DNA of 64,000 bases, from NCBI GenBank assembly GCA_964595755.1, contig CAZQQZ010000001.1:22228-86227 (forward strand). Reading direction: 5' to 3'. Of this stretch, positions 17,908 to 27,613 are shown piece by piece; the stretch's first letter is position 1; the number at the start of each line of letters is the position of its first letter. A program made the position numbers and the translations under genes. The notes beneath the pieces were generated by a model, which did no database searches, was not told where the DNA came from, and saw only the letters and a list, made by a program, of their open reading frames with translations. The DNA is from an uncultured Candidatus Saccharibacteria bacterium (GTDB lineage Bacteria > Patescibacteriota > WWE3 > CAZQQZ01).

Positions 17908-19647
17908 CTATTTACGACGACCGACTAACCACTTTTCGACATTTTCTAAATCCCAAGTATTAAGTATATCACCTTTTTCCGCCCAACCTCGCCGAGCCAT
18001 AGTTACACCATAGCGAATCCCAGGTAAACTTTGCGTGTCATGAGCATCGCTTCCAATCACCAGTTTTACTCCCCGGCGAATTGCTTCGCGAATGGGCCCT
18101 TCGGAAAGATCTAATCTTTTCGGATAAGCATTAATCTCAAGCGCTTTGTCATACCTCGCGCAAGCGGCAAAAATCACATCAAAATCAAGTTCATACCCTT
18201 CTCGCTCTTTCAAAAGCCTTCCGGTTGGGTGACCAATAATATCAACATACGGGTTTTTGATCGCCGCAAGAAGCCTTTCCGTTTGTTTCTCCTTTGGTAA
18301 ACCAAAACTGGTGTGAATCGAGGCAATTACATAATCTAGGGGCTGAAGCAAAGTATCAGGCAGAGACATCTTACCTTCGGCAGTGATACTTACCTCAAGC
18401 CCATTAAATACTTGGATTCCATGTCTTTTCGCCGTTTCTTTAATAATTTTTGCTCTCTCCGAAAGATCCCTTCCCGCCCGGACCTCCCCTCTTGATTTGA
18501 CACTCGGGTTGTGGTCAGAAATTCCGATATACTGGTATCCCATCTTCTCACCCGCCAAAATCATATCTTCGATTGAGTTTTCCCCTTCCAAAAAGTCGCT
18601 ATGCATGTGAAAATCCCCTTTGATATCGGAAAGCTCGATTAGATCGGGTAACCCGCCCTTTTGGGCCGCATCAACCTCACCCGTATCTTCCCTTATTTCT
18701 GGAGGAATATAATCAAATCCCAAAAAATTATAAAATCCTTTTTCGTCGGAAAAAACCGTTTCCTTATCACTTTCTAGTGATTTAATTCCATGCTCAGAAG
18801 CGGTAAATCCTTTTTGTTTAGCAATCCCCCTCAAGTGAATATTATGCGACCTAGAACCGGTGAAGTATTGGAGAAGACTGCCGTAAGAAGACGGGTTCTC
18901 CGTTACAACATCGACCTGCCTGCCAGATTTTAAGAGTACTGTTGCCTTGACATCTCCCGCACTAACAACCTCCCGAACCATTTCCCAATGAACAAAATAG
19001 TTGATAACATTTTTACTGTTTTCGCAAGCGACGCTGATATCAACATCTCCAATAGTGGAAACTCCGCGCCTTAATGATCCCAAAGGATCCGCCCTTTTAA
19101 CATTAGGGTTCTTTTTTAGATAAGAAATTACATTCTCGGCAACAATTAAAGCCTCCGGAAAAAGTAACCGGTCGCCTAAAGATTCAAGTTCTTTAATTCT
19201 TCTAAGAATATCCCGTTCGGACTCTTCCCCAAAACCAGAAAGTTCAGAAACTTTGTGTAAGGAGGCGGCACACTTTAGATCATCTATACTTTCAACTTTA
19301 AGCTCTTTTGCCAGACGAAACGCTCTTTTGGGGCCAATACCAGACACATCTAACAGTTTAAACATTCCCTCCGGCAAACCTTTTTTAACCTCTTCAAAAT
19401 GAGTAACTCTCCCTGTTTTAAAATATTCATCAAGATAAGAAGAAATCCCTTTTCCAATTCCCGGAACTTCATCAAGAGAACGCTCTTCCCAAAGCTCTTT
19501 AATATCATTTGAAGTATGCTCAATTGAAGTTGCCGCATTTCCGTAAGCCCGAATTCTAAACAAATCTCCCCCTTTAACCTCATAGGCCGCCTCAACTTCT
19601 CGAAGCATATTAGATACCGCTTTGTTAGAATATTTTGGAATTTTCAT
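17908..19647 (-). CDS. polX: DNA polymerase X with PHP domain
   Basis: GSLRR...GDVD nucleotidyltransferase motif, FTGS; PHP motifs HMH, GHPTGR and SDAH. Confidence 0.95.
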   Translation of the reverse strand: MKIPKYSNKAVSNMLREVEAAYEVKGGDLFRIRAYGNAATSIEHTSNDIKELWEERSLDEVPGIGKGISSYLDEYFKTGRVTHFEEVKKGLPEGMFKLLDVSGIGPKRAFRLAKELKVESIDDLKCAASLHKVSELSGFGEESERDILRRIKELESLGDRLLFPEALIVAENVISYLKKNPNVKRADPLGSLRRGVSTIGDVDISVACENSKNVINYFVHWEMVREVVSAGDVKATVLLKSGRQVDVVTENPSSYGSLLQYFTGSRSHNIHLRGIAKQKGFTASEHGIKSLESDKETVFSDEKGFYNFLGFDYIPPEIREDTGEVDAAQKGGLPDLIELSDIKGDFHMHSDFLEGENSIEDMILAGEKMGYQYIGISDHNPSVKSRGEVRAGRDLSERAKIIKETAKRHGIQVFNGLEVSITAEGKMSLPDTLLQPLDYVIASIHTSFGLPKEKQTERLLAAIKNPYVDIIGHPTGRLLKEREGYELDFDVIFAACARYDKALEINAYPKRLDLSEGPIREAIRRGVKLVIGSDAHDTQSLPGIRYGVTMARRGWAEKGDILNTWDLENVEKWLVGRRK

Positions 19648-19703
19648 AATTTCTTTAGATATAATTTAGCAAATCGGACGAATCTTTTAAACAAGGTAAA
19701 TTG

Positions 19704-19734
19704 TTGACTATCTCTCAATAAATTGCTATACAAT
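19704..19734 (+). promoter_or_regulatory. Promoter of tRNA-Asp
   Basis: TTGACT followed by TGCTATACAAT at canonical spacing. Confidence 0.55.
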
Positions 19735-19758
19735 GAGGTTGAACATTCAAATAATTTT

Positions 19759-19835
19759 GGAGCTGTAGCTCAGTTGGTTAGAGCGCTGCCCTGTCACGGC
19801 AGAGGTTGCGGGTTCGAGCCCCGTCAGCTCCGCCA
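19759..19835 (+). tRNA. tRNA-Asp(GUC)
   Basis: Cloverleaf with CTGCC-CTGTCAC-GGCAG and CCA. Confidence 0.96.
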
Positions 19836-20035
19836 CGTAAAAATCTTGATGAACCCCGATTACATCGGGGTGAGTCTAGAGTTTTACAGTGCCCTCGTTT
19901 ATCCCGAGCGCAGCGAAGGATATTACGGGGCTGGAGATGGCATGTCACCAAGATTTAACGTGGCAGGCCACCCTCAATACCTGCCAAAACCTTGACTGCC
20001 CAAGAAAATATACAGTGCAAGGAGGTGATTTACAC

Positions 20036-20512
20036 ATGAGCGAACAAATTGAAGAACAGTCCACAAAGGGCGCCCTCGCAGCGATTACTGCCGGAGTTTT
20101 GGTCATTATTGCCGGCTTTTTAGTTTACAATTACTTTTCCAAAGTAGGAAAACTTCCGGAAGGAGAAAATAATAAAACAGAAGAAGTCACTCTTGAAGAG
20201 GAAGAAGTTCCTTCTGAGGAAGTTGCCGGAACCAACGGGGGAACAGGAACGACCGAAACTGGAACATTAGGAACAGGAGGGGCCACGGGAGAAACCACTT
20301 CTTGGGTAGCAATTGATTATCAGAAGGATCAAATTACCGGTAAAAAACACACCGTTAAATGGGGGGACACCCTTTGGGAAATAGCGGAAGCGAGATATGG
20401 GACCGGATTTGATTACGGGAAAATTGTCGAAGCTAACAAGGACGCCATCGGGTTTTTAGCCAACGGAACCCAGGCTTTGATCGAACCGGGGCAAGTTCTT
20501 AAACTTCCCTAA
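20036..20512 (+). CDS. Membrane-anchored LysM domain protein
   Basis: AGGAGGTG SD before ATG 20036; TM helix, E/T/G-rich linker, then HTVKWGDTLWEIA...IEPGQVLKLP. Confidence 0.9.
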   Translation: MSEQIEEQSTKGALAAITAGVLVIIAGFLVYNYFSKVGKLPEGENNKTEEVTLEEEEVPSEEVAGTNGGTGTTETGTLGTGGATGETTSWVAIDYQKDQITGKKHTVKWGDTLWEIAEARYGTGFDYGKIVEANKDAIGFLANGTQALIEPGQVLKLP

Positions 20513-20521
20513 CCTTGTATC

Positions 20522-20555
20522 CAAATAATCCTCGGGGTACCCCTTGGGTTGTTTG
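20522..20555 (+). terminator. Hairpin after the LysM gene, probable terminator
   Basis: CAAATAATCC..GGGGTACCCC..GGGTTGTTTG stem-loop 10 nt after the stop codon. Confidence 0.45.
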
Positions 20556-20643
20556 AAGTAGCTAGTCGTTAAATCTAATAATTTATTAGATGTGTTTTGT
20601 GTGTTTCGATTTTGTAAACCCTTTAAGGTATAATGGTTTTGTT

Positions 20644-20719
20644 GCGATGGTAGTTCAGTTGGCAGAACGCCTGCTTCCCAAGCAGGAGGTCACCGGTTCG
20701 AATCCGGCCCATCGCTCCA
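20644..20719 (+). tRNA. tRNA-Gly(CCC)
   Basis: Cloverleaf with CCTGC-TTCCCAA-GCAGG and CCA; TATAAT at 20629-20634. Confidence 0.94.
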
Positions 20720-20720
20720 T

Positions 20721-20777
20721 ACAAATGTAGCTTAGTGGCCCGCCTCGCCGAAACGGCGAGTCGAGGCTGGTAGAGCA
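20721..20777 (+). pseudogene. tRNA 5'-half remnant interrupted by a 32-bp GC-rich element (20739-20770)
   Basis: Removing the element restores ACAAATG-TA-GCTTAGTGGTAGAGC-A, a canonical D-arm. No anticodon or T arm follows. Confidence 0.55.
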
Positions 20778-20791
20778 TTTTAAACCTAAAT

Positions 20792-20867
20792 GCCCACTTA
20801 GCTCAACTGGTAGAGCAGCGGTTTCGTAAATCGCAGGTAGTCGGTTCGAGTCCGACAGTGGGCTCCA
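20792..20867 (+). tRNA. tRNA-Thr(CGU)
   Basis: Cloverleaf with GCGGT-TTCGTAA-ATCGC and CCA. Confidence 0.95.
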
Positions 20868-20876
20868 TAAAAAATT

Positions 20877-21578
20877 ATGCCAAATAAGAAAAAAATCAAA
20901 GAAAACTCCAAACAGTTTTTTACTCTATTCTTAATTACCCTGGTAATAGGCACCGTTGCCGTCCTTGGAATGATAAAAATCCTCTCTAATCTGGACATTC
21001 TCTGGAGTTTCTTTAACCCAGAAGAAGCCGCCGTCAAAGATGATCAAATCGCCCCCTCCGCCCCAGTCATAATTCCCGTTCAAAAATATACTAACAAGAG
21101 CGAAATAACAATTGAAGGTTATTCAGAAAAAGGCGCCACCGTTATCTTATTTTCGGGAAATCTCAAAAAACGGGAGGTGATTGTTGATAACGACGGAAGA
21201 TTTGCCTTTAATGAAATTCCCCTAAGTGGAAAGCAAAACAGATTTTACTTAACCGCCAAAGATAAATCTGACAATGAAAGTGAAAAATCAGAGGAAATCC
21301 TAGTCATCTTTGATAACGAAAAGCCTAAACTAGAGATAAACGAACCTATCAACGGAAGTCGCTTTGTAGGAGAAGATAAGAAACAAGTCAACATTGCAGG
21401 AACAACAGAGCTTGGCGGTGTTATTTTTGTTAACGACGCTTACGCCATCGTTAATTCGGCCGGAAATTTCACCTACACCTTCACACTCACCCAAGGAGAG
21501 AATAAAATTAAAATAAAAGCGGAAGATCAAGCCGGCAATGAAGAGAACAGAGAGTTGACAATTTTCTTTAGTCCCTAA
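20877..21578 (+). CDS. Membrane-anchored protein with two bacterial Ig-like domains
   Basis: TM helix, then D..AP.AP, G.F.F and A.D.AGN beta-sandwich motifs. Confidence 0.8.
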   Translation: MPNKKKIKENSKQFFTLFLITLVIGTVAVLGMIKILSNLDILWSFFNPEEAAVKDDQIAPSAPVIIPVQKYTNKSEITIEGYSEKGATVILFSGNLKKREVIVDNDGRFAFNEIPLSGKQNRFYLTAKDKSDNESEKSEEILVIFDNEKPKLEINEPINGSRFVGEDKKQVNIAGTTELGGVIFVNDAYAIVNSAGNFTYTFTLTQGENKIKIKAEDQAGNEENRELTIFFSP

Positions 21579-22755
21579 AAAGGTAAATCCCCAGAAGAAA
21601 AAACCAAACGAGTAATATTGGAGCATAAAAAAGTGAGTTAATAAAATTGGATTCTGCCAAAAGCGAGAACGAAATCGCAAGAAATGGGGGGGCTTTTTCT
21701 TGAATTCCCCGAAAAATGGAAAATAAGTGAATGGAAATATAAGAAATGAAGCCAATAACTCCTGTGGTAGCTAGAACAAGAAGTAAGCTGGAATCCGCTC
21801 CGGAACCGCTATGTCCCCCTAAGGGGTTGGTGATATCAAAAAGCCCCTTCCTTTCTTGGGCAAAGCGATACGTATTAAATCCAACCCCAATAATCGGATT
21901 ATCCTTTACAAAACCTAGCGTGTTTTTCCAAGAAATCAAACGAAACCGAGCAGAATCAGAAGGATCCGTAATCCCAGTCAATCTAGTTTGTACCCTTGGA
22001 ATTAATCGATAAGAAGCAAAGGCCAAAAAGGCGATAAACAAAAAAAAGAGCGCTTTTTCATAAATTTTTCTTTTTGAGAAAAGAAGCAATGTAAATAAAG
22101 CGATACCTAACATTCCCCAAGCACTTCGGGAAAAAGTAAGAAAAATCCCTAATAGTATAATCCCCCTTAATACAGTCGTTACCCACAAATTTTTTATTCT
22201 TTGCCCAAAGCTTAATACAAAAGCAATTACCAGGTAAGCCCCGGTGAAGTTAGGATCAAAAAAGGTAGCTGCTAATCGATTTTTGTGAGGATCCCAACCT
22301 AATGAAGGATCAAGAATTGAAAAATCGGGAAGGAAAATCAGTTGGAAAAAACCAAAAATAGAAAGTAATAAACCAGATAGCGTAATCCACTTCAGTAGAT
22401 CGTCTTTAAAGTCCTCTATTCTAAGATAATTTGAAACTAGAAGGCCGGACATAGCATATAGGACAAACCGAATCAAGTATAAAGAAGAAACCAAGAAGGA
22501 GCCAAACGCAAGCCGATTCAGCGAAAAAAGTAAAGAAATAAAAGCAATCAGGCAAAATAAAAATACAAGAAGAAATACTTTTGGAACGTATAATTTTCTG
22601 CTCGACGTAACAAAAAAGAGAACTGACCAAAAAATTAATATAAGGATCAAAAAATCGGAAAAATACAAAACTGCGGAAGCAACGCTTACCCGAGCGATCT
22701 GTCCAAGAGTCAGGGAAAGTACCAACGACAATAAAAGTATTTTCGTGATTTTCAT
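21568..22755 (-). CDS. O-antigen ligase/Wzy_C family membrane protein
   Basis: Polytopic; RLAATFFDPN, TFSRSAW, R...W...PIIGVGF. Confidence 0.85.
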   Translation of the reverse strand: MKITKILLLSLVLSLTLGQIARVSVASAVLYFSDFLILILIFWSVLFFVTSSRKLYVPKVFLLVFLFCLIAFISLLFSLNRLAFGSFLVSSLYLIRFVLYAMSGLLVSNYLRIEDFKDDLLKWITLSGLLLSIFGFFQLIFLPDFSILDPSLGWDPHKNRLAATFFDPNFTGAYLVIAFVLSFGQRIKNLWVTTVLRGIILLGIFLTFSRSAWGMLGIALFTLLLFSKRKIYEKALFFLFIAFLAFASYRLIPRVQTRLTGITDPSDSARFRLISWKNTLGFVKDNPIIGVGFNTYRFAQERKGLFDITNPLGGHSGSGADSSLLLVLATTGVIGFISYISIHLFSIFRGIQEKAPPFLAISFSLLAESNFINSLFYAPILLVWFFLLGIYLFRD

Positions 22756-22756
22756 A

Positions 22757-23632
22757 TTAGTTTCTTATAAAATATTGCTGGTAAATCTGATAACCTCGCG
22801 CGTATCCATTTATAGCCACCTTAATACCCCTAAATCCCCCTAAAACAACACATCTTCCAACTGCCCGCCAATGCTTTAAAATGTGAATTGGCCAAAAACT
22901 GCCATAATTTTTAAGGCTAAAATACAAATAATTTGCAAATAATTGCTCAAACCAACTTAATTTATCACCAAAACTTCTGGAGCCGCCAGTGGCCTTTAAA
23001 TGCAGCACTTCCGCCTTAGGCTCATAGATAATCTTCCCAAAACGCTTTAACGAAAAGCAGAAATCTATGTCTTCGTATGCGCAATTCCCATAAAAATTTT
23101 CGTCGTATCCGCCCGATCGTTCCCAAACCTCCTTCCGAAAAGAAAGATCACAACCGCCCCCTACTAAAGAAACCTCAGTTGCCTTATCAACCTTAACCCA
23201 GGAGAAATTTCCAAGAAGGTTCATTTTATTCTGCCTTGTTCCTGTAATCTCACTCCCATCTTTTTGGTTAATCACTTTACCACCAACCGCAACGACCTTT
23301 TGATCAAGATATTGGTTTAAATGAGCTCCGATAAGCTGGCTCCCAAAAGAAACGTCATCATCTAAAGTTAGAACAATTCCAGATTTCGCAAGGCTTATCG
23401 CTTTGTTTTTCGCTTTTGTGATATGAGGAGGCGAAAAACAAAAATAACGAAATCGCTTATCCATAAGGTATTTTTCCAAATTCTTTTTAAAGCCATCAGA
23501 ATGAGTTTCCGATTGATCAGCAATTATCACCTCAAAATCAGAAATGGTCTGTGATTTAAGCATCTCAAGAACATTTAACAATTCTTTTTCTCTTTTATAA
23601 GTAGGAAGCACAACACTAATTCGTGGAACCAT
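22757..23632 (-). CDS. Glycosyltransferase family 2
   Basis: SVVLPTY, LDDD (DXD) and YEDID. Confidence 0.92.
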   Translation of the reverse strand: MVPRISVVLPTYKREKELLNVLEMLKSQTISDFEVIIADQSETHSDGFKKNLEKYLMDKRFRYFCFSPPHITKAKNKAISLAKSGIVLTLDDDVSFGSQLIGAHLNQYLDQKVVAVGGKVINQKDGSEITGTRQNKMNLLGNFSWVKVDKATEVSLVGGGCDLSFRKEVWERSGGYDENFYGNCAYEDIDFCFSLKRFGKIIYEPKAEVLHLKATGGSRSFGDKLSWFEQLFANYLYFSLKNYGSFWPIHILKHWRAVGRCVVLGGFRGIKVAINGYARGYQIYQQYFIRN

Positions 23633-24881
23633 TTGTTTTTTTTATAACAGGCAAGAGGAAAATAACAAGCAAAATTAAAATCAATCCTTCAGTGACGGAA
23701 GTCCAAACGGCTGCTCCATAGAAACTATAACGAGGAATAATCAACAGGTTTCCAAGAATATTAAATATAGCCGAAGCCCCGTAGATAAAGGGTAAATATT
23801 TTTGACGATCAAAAATGATTAGGTACCAAAAAAGCATTGAAGTTAAGAAAAATATCGGGAGTCCCGCCAAAAGAAGTCTGAGCGCCAAAACGGAAGGGGA
23901 AAAAGAGTCACCTCCTATTAGTCTAATTAGATACGGAGCTAATAAAATCCCCACCAAACCCCCTAACATTCCCAATCCCCCCAAAAAAACAAAAATCTTT
24001 TTAGTCAAAGTAGCAAACTCACCAGTACTTTCCTCTTTCTTTCCTAAAAGGATCGGATAAACCACATTCATAAAAAAAGTGGGAAAGACGAGAATAACTT
24101 CAAATATTTTGTAAGCAATACCGTAATATCCTACATCCTCAGTCTTTTTAAGGAGGGATAGCAGAATCGAATCCGCCTTGCCAGTGGTGACACTTAAAAA
24201 GGCGGTCATTCCAAGAGGAATCGAAGGCAAAAAAAGTTCCCGCCAATAATTTGTATCAATTATTGGAGCCGAAAAAGTATTCTTTGAAATCAATCGCTTG
24301 GCTAAAAATAAAGAGGTTAACGCGGTGACTAAACCACCAGCCGAATAAGCAAAGATAGCAAAATTCAAAGAAGTTAATCCGAAATATATTAAAACCAAAA
24401 AAAGTGCGCTTCCGAAAAAAACAGATATTGTCGAAAGATCATAACGAGCTTTAAGTTGAAAAATGGCGTTGGCGGAAGTTATTAACCCTTGAGTCAGAAT
24501 CGAAAAAAGCCCGATCGCGATCCCAATTTTAAGGTTTTGGGAATAGGGAAAGAGAATAAGCAACAAAAGCGCTAGCGCAATTAACGAAAGTGACCAGAAA
24601 AATCTTAATGAAACTAATTTTCCAAAATTAATATGGAGAGTTTCGTCATTTTCAGTAATGGATTTCTTGGCAAAAATCGCGTTTAACCCAAAATCAACCG
24701 CCATATAAAAAAAGGCGGGGAAAGCCAGCATTAAACTAAATTCACCGTACCCCGATGGACCAAAACGCCTAGTCAAAAGAAAGGTGATGAAAAGCGTTGA
24801 AGTCGTCGTGATCGCCTTACCAATAAGTTGATAAAGGGTGTTTTTGGCTATTTTTACTGATAGTCCGCTTAAAGATGACAT
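23616..24881 (-). CDS. Wzx-type oligosaccharide flippase
   Basis: IAKNT, DFGL, D.ILLS...VGYY..AY and LIIPRY..GAA; many TM helices. Confidence 0.9.
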   Translation of the reverse strand: MSSLSGLSVKIAKNTLYQLIGKAITTTSTLFITFLLTRRFGPSGYGEFSLMLAFPAFFYMAVDFGLNAIFAKKSITENDETLHINFGKLVSLRFFWSLSLIALALLLLILFPYSQNLKIGIAIGLFSILTQGLITSANAIFQLKARYDLSTISVFFGSALFLVLIYFGLTSLNFAIFAYSAGGLVTALTSLFLAKRLISKNTFSAPIIDTNYWRELFLPSIPLGMTAFLSVTTGKADSILLSLLKKTEDVGYYGIAYKIFEVILVFPTFFMNVVYPILLGKKEESTGEFATLTKKIFVFLGGLGMLGGLVGILLAPYLIRLIGGDSFSPSVLALRLLLAGLPIFFLTSMLFWYLIIFDRQKYLPFIYGASAIFNILGNLLIIPRYSFYGAAVWTSVTEGLILILLVIFLLPVIKKTNGSTN

Positions 24882-24928
24882 ATTAAGATTTTACCACTTA
24901 ACTGGTTACTGTTATAATTAAGCAGGTT

Positions 24929-25005
24929 GGGTGATTAGCTCAGCTGGTTAGAGCGTCCCGGTCACATCGGGAAGGTCGCAGGTTCGATTCCTGCATCGCC
25001 CACCA
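24929..25005 (+). tRNA. tRNA-Val(CAC)
   Basis: Cloverleaf with TCCCG-GTCACAT-CGGGA and CCA; extended -10 TGTTATAAT at 24910-24918. Confidence 0.93.
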
Positions 25006-25056
25006 AAATCAAACAAAATTCTCGGTGTTTTCATGTTAAAATTATCCTATCTAATT

Positions 25057-25509
25057 ATGCTAGACACCGTAGTCACAATAAACACAAAAGAGAAAATAGC
25101 CACCACTCCGTTTTTTTAAGCGAATAATATTTTGATATTCAGGGATGATATTTTAAAAATTTCCGCAATTCCAAATAATTCGATTGACTTAATCGTCACC
25201 TCACCACCCTACAATGTTGACATTCATTATAATACCCACGCCGACGACTTAACATATGAAGATTACTTGGAGTTTACTCAAAAATGGATCAAAAAATGTT
25301 TCGACCTAGCGAAAAGTGAAGGGAGATTTTTGCTCAATATCCCACTTGATAAGAATAAAGGTGGACAAAAATCAGTTGGTGCGGATATTACAAAAATCGC
25401 AAAAGATATAGGATGGAAATACCATTCAACAATTATCTGGAACGAAGGAAATATATCGCGTCGCACTGCCTGGGGTTCATTTATGTCCGCCTCCGCTCCC
25501 TATGTTATT
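25057..25509 (+). pseudogene. Beta-class N4-C/N6-A DNA methyltransferase, truncated
   Basis: DLIVTSPPYN motif IV; in-frame TAA at 25117-25119; cut by the IS before any FxGxG motif. Confidence 0.85.
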
Positions 25510-26610
25510 GGGCTTAATGGACATCCGTGTTGGTAATTTGTTTGCTTTTTAGAGATTTTAGGTACCAATACCAAGCGACAAAATTCTCCCTTCTATTTCT
25601 TGAAAGGCCTGTATGCATGTTTATTTTTCCTTTTAGGTGAGTGAATTCTGCTTCAAGACCATTAGTGTCTTTGGGGATTGATTGATCATCTAGGTAGAAG
25701 AAGATATTGTCTAGGGAGCTTTTAATCGTTCTAAAAGCCAGTCTTAAATTTCTGTGGGTGTACCACCAGCTTCTTTTTGAGTTTGGGTCTTTATTGTATG
25801 TCCTGTTGTTTATTATTTCCTTATTCTCCTCCTCAAATCTTTTAAACCAGTTTAGAAATACTTGCTTTTCTCCCAGGGTTTTTATTTGATTTAAAAATCT
25901 AACTATTTCAAGAAGTTTTATGCCTGCTTCGGTCTCTTATTCTCGGTTAAAAGGGTTTGACACCTCTTTTGAAGATGAACCATGCAATATTGATGGGGAA
26001 TGTTTGGGAAGGTTACCTTTACAGCAGAAACAAGGGATCCGTGCTTATCCGAGGTAACTGATTTTATTATGTATCCAAGCTCATTAAGCTTTGAAAAACA
26101 GAAAAGATAGTTGAAGTAGTTTTCCCTAAGAGCATAATGCCAGAAGATTATATTTTCCCCCTCCTTAAACACCATGGTGCAACCGCACCTCCCAAAGTAT
26201 TTAGCATCACACTTCAAGTTAATTTCCTTAAAAGAAGGTGGATTAGAAACCCTCTCTGGAAGGGGTTTCTGATCTAAAAACACCTGAAAATATCTAGATA
26301 GCTGTTTTTCAGAGACTCTAGTTTTGGTTGGATCTATTAAATTGGCAATGGAAATTCCTGAATCTACCCATTTGGTAAACAGGGAAAAGTACAAACCAGT
26401 CTTGATCTCGTATTTAGGAGAAAATGTTTTAAAACAAGTTAAGCATCTATATCTTTAGTAGTTAGAAGAGAAACCCCACTTAACCGATTTCCCATCACAA
26501 AAAGGGCACTTTTGACCATACTTTTTTTAATCATTTTGAGATTTTACCAGATTAAAGCCCAGTAACAAGCAAAACCCTCGTTTTTACCAACATACATGTC
26601 TATTAAGCCC
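25510..26610 (-). mobile_element. Degenerate IS256-family (Mutator-like DDE) insertion sequence, about 1.1 kb
   Basis: 27-bp terminal IRs GGGCTTAATGGACATCCGTGTTGGTAA and GGGCTTAATAGACATGTATGTTGGTAA (23/27 match). Confidence 0.85.
25514..26534 (-). pseudogene. Transposase pseudogene with an N-terminal zinc ribbon
   Basis: Pieces in shifting frames: CPFC...RYRCLTC, CDAKYF, VTSD, HQYCMVH, WWYTH...IPKDTNGLEAEF. In-frame stop at 26455-26457 plus several frameshifts. Confidence 0.8.
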
Positions 26611-26766
26611 AACTTTCAACATATCCGAGGAGGTTACAGGTTGGATGAAGACCAATTTGTAATGCACCCACCCAATATCACGTCAACCGAAGAGTATAAA
26701 GGAAAGTAAAAACACAAACAAACTCCCTCTTGAACCCTACCCCCTTTAAGAATAAAATAATCGAGT

Positions 26767-27345
26767 ATGTTTAAAGCTCTTAAAGGACTTCTCGTCGCCG
26801 CCGGCGACTTCATGGAAACTTTTCTTTTTTTCTCCGCCATTTTAGTGGTTTTTTATTTTTTCTTCGCCATTCCTCACGAAGTGGTCGGGGATTCGATGCT
26901 CCCAAATTTTGTTAACGGAGAACACCTTTTAACTAATAAAATTCTTTATTCTGTCAAAGAACCTCAACGTGGGGATGTAGTTACTTTTAAATTCCCCAAA
27001 GCGCCTCAATTTGATTACATTAAAAGAATTGTTGGCCTACCGGAAGAGCAAATAATGCTAAAGGATAATAAAATTTATATTTATAACAAAGAAAACCCGG
27101 AAGGATTTGTTCTAAATGAAACATACTTGCCAGAAGGAACAATTACCGCCGGGAAATCTTTCTTACCTGAAGGAAAAAAAGTTTTAATTCCAAAGAATAA
27201 TTACATTACGTTTGGAGATAATCGTTCAAGAAGCTCCGATTCAAGGGAATGGGGGTTTGTGCCAAGAAGAAATTTAATTGGGAAAGCCTGGGTAAGATAT
27301 TGGCCACCAAAAGAACTGGGGTTAATCAAGAACCCAACCTACTAA
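26767..27345 (+). CDS. lepB: Signal peptidase I
   Basis: GDSMLP (Ser), YIKRIVG (Lys) and GDNRSRSSDSR. Confidence 0.95.
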   Translation: MFKALKGLLVAAGDFMETFLFFSAILVVFYFFFAIPHEVVGDSMLPNFVNGEHLLTNKILYSVKEPQRGDVVTFKFPKAPQFDYIKRIVGLPEEQIMLKDNKIYIYNKENPEGFVLNETYLPEGTITAGKSFLPEGKKVLIPKNNYITFGDNRSRSSDSREWGFVPRRNLIGKAWVRYWPPKELGLIKNPTY

Positions 27346-27349
27346 AAAA

Positions 27350-27607
27350 TTAAGAAGCGATAACGGAAACTTTCTGTTTACCAGTTTTTCGATGACCGAA
27401 TAGAATTTTCCCCTCCTTTTCCGCAAACAGAGTATGGTCCTTTCCCATCCCAACGTTTTTTCCGGCAACTACCTTGGTGCCTCTTTGGCGAACAATAATG
27501 TTGCCGGCCAAAACAGTTTGGCCATCATAAAGCTTAACGCCTAAACGCTTGCCCTTAACCTTAACTCCTTGTGATGCTCCAGAACCGCCGGATTTTTTAT
27601 GCGCCAT
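27350..27607 (-). CDS. rpmA: 50S ribosomal protein L27
   Basis: [22 protein letters not shown] and GKDHTLFA. Confidence 0.96.
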   Translation of the reverse strand: MAHKKSGGSGASQGVKVKGKRLGVKLYDGQTVLAGNIIVRQRGTKVVAGKNVGMGKDHTLFAEKEGKILFGHRKTGKQKVSVIAS

Positions 27608-27613
27608 AGATTT

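Noticed and set aside
19723-19995. 90-aa ORF, also 20798-21037 and the N-terminal extension of the LysM ORF
   Set aside because: They run through tRNA genes and repeat DNA; the LysM start with an SD is at 20036.
19836-20035. c-di-AMP or c-di-GMP riboswitch before the LysM gene
   Set aside because: The conserved core motifs could not be matched by eye; the region is kept only as an unclassified structured leader.
24956-24972. G32 in tRNA-Val(CAC) as a sign of a pseudogene
   Set aside because: The rest of the cloverleaf, the CCA end and the promoter are intact, and G32 can pair with U38, so this is treated as a minor variant.
26520-26534. Programmed -1 frameshift (A7G) producing an active transposase
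   Set aside because: The downstream frame has an in-frame stop and further frameshifts, so decay is the simpler explanation.
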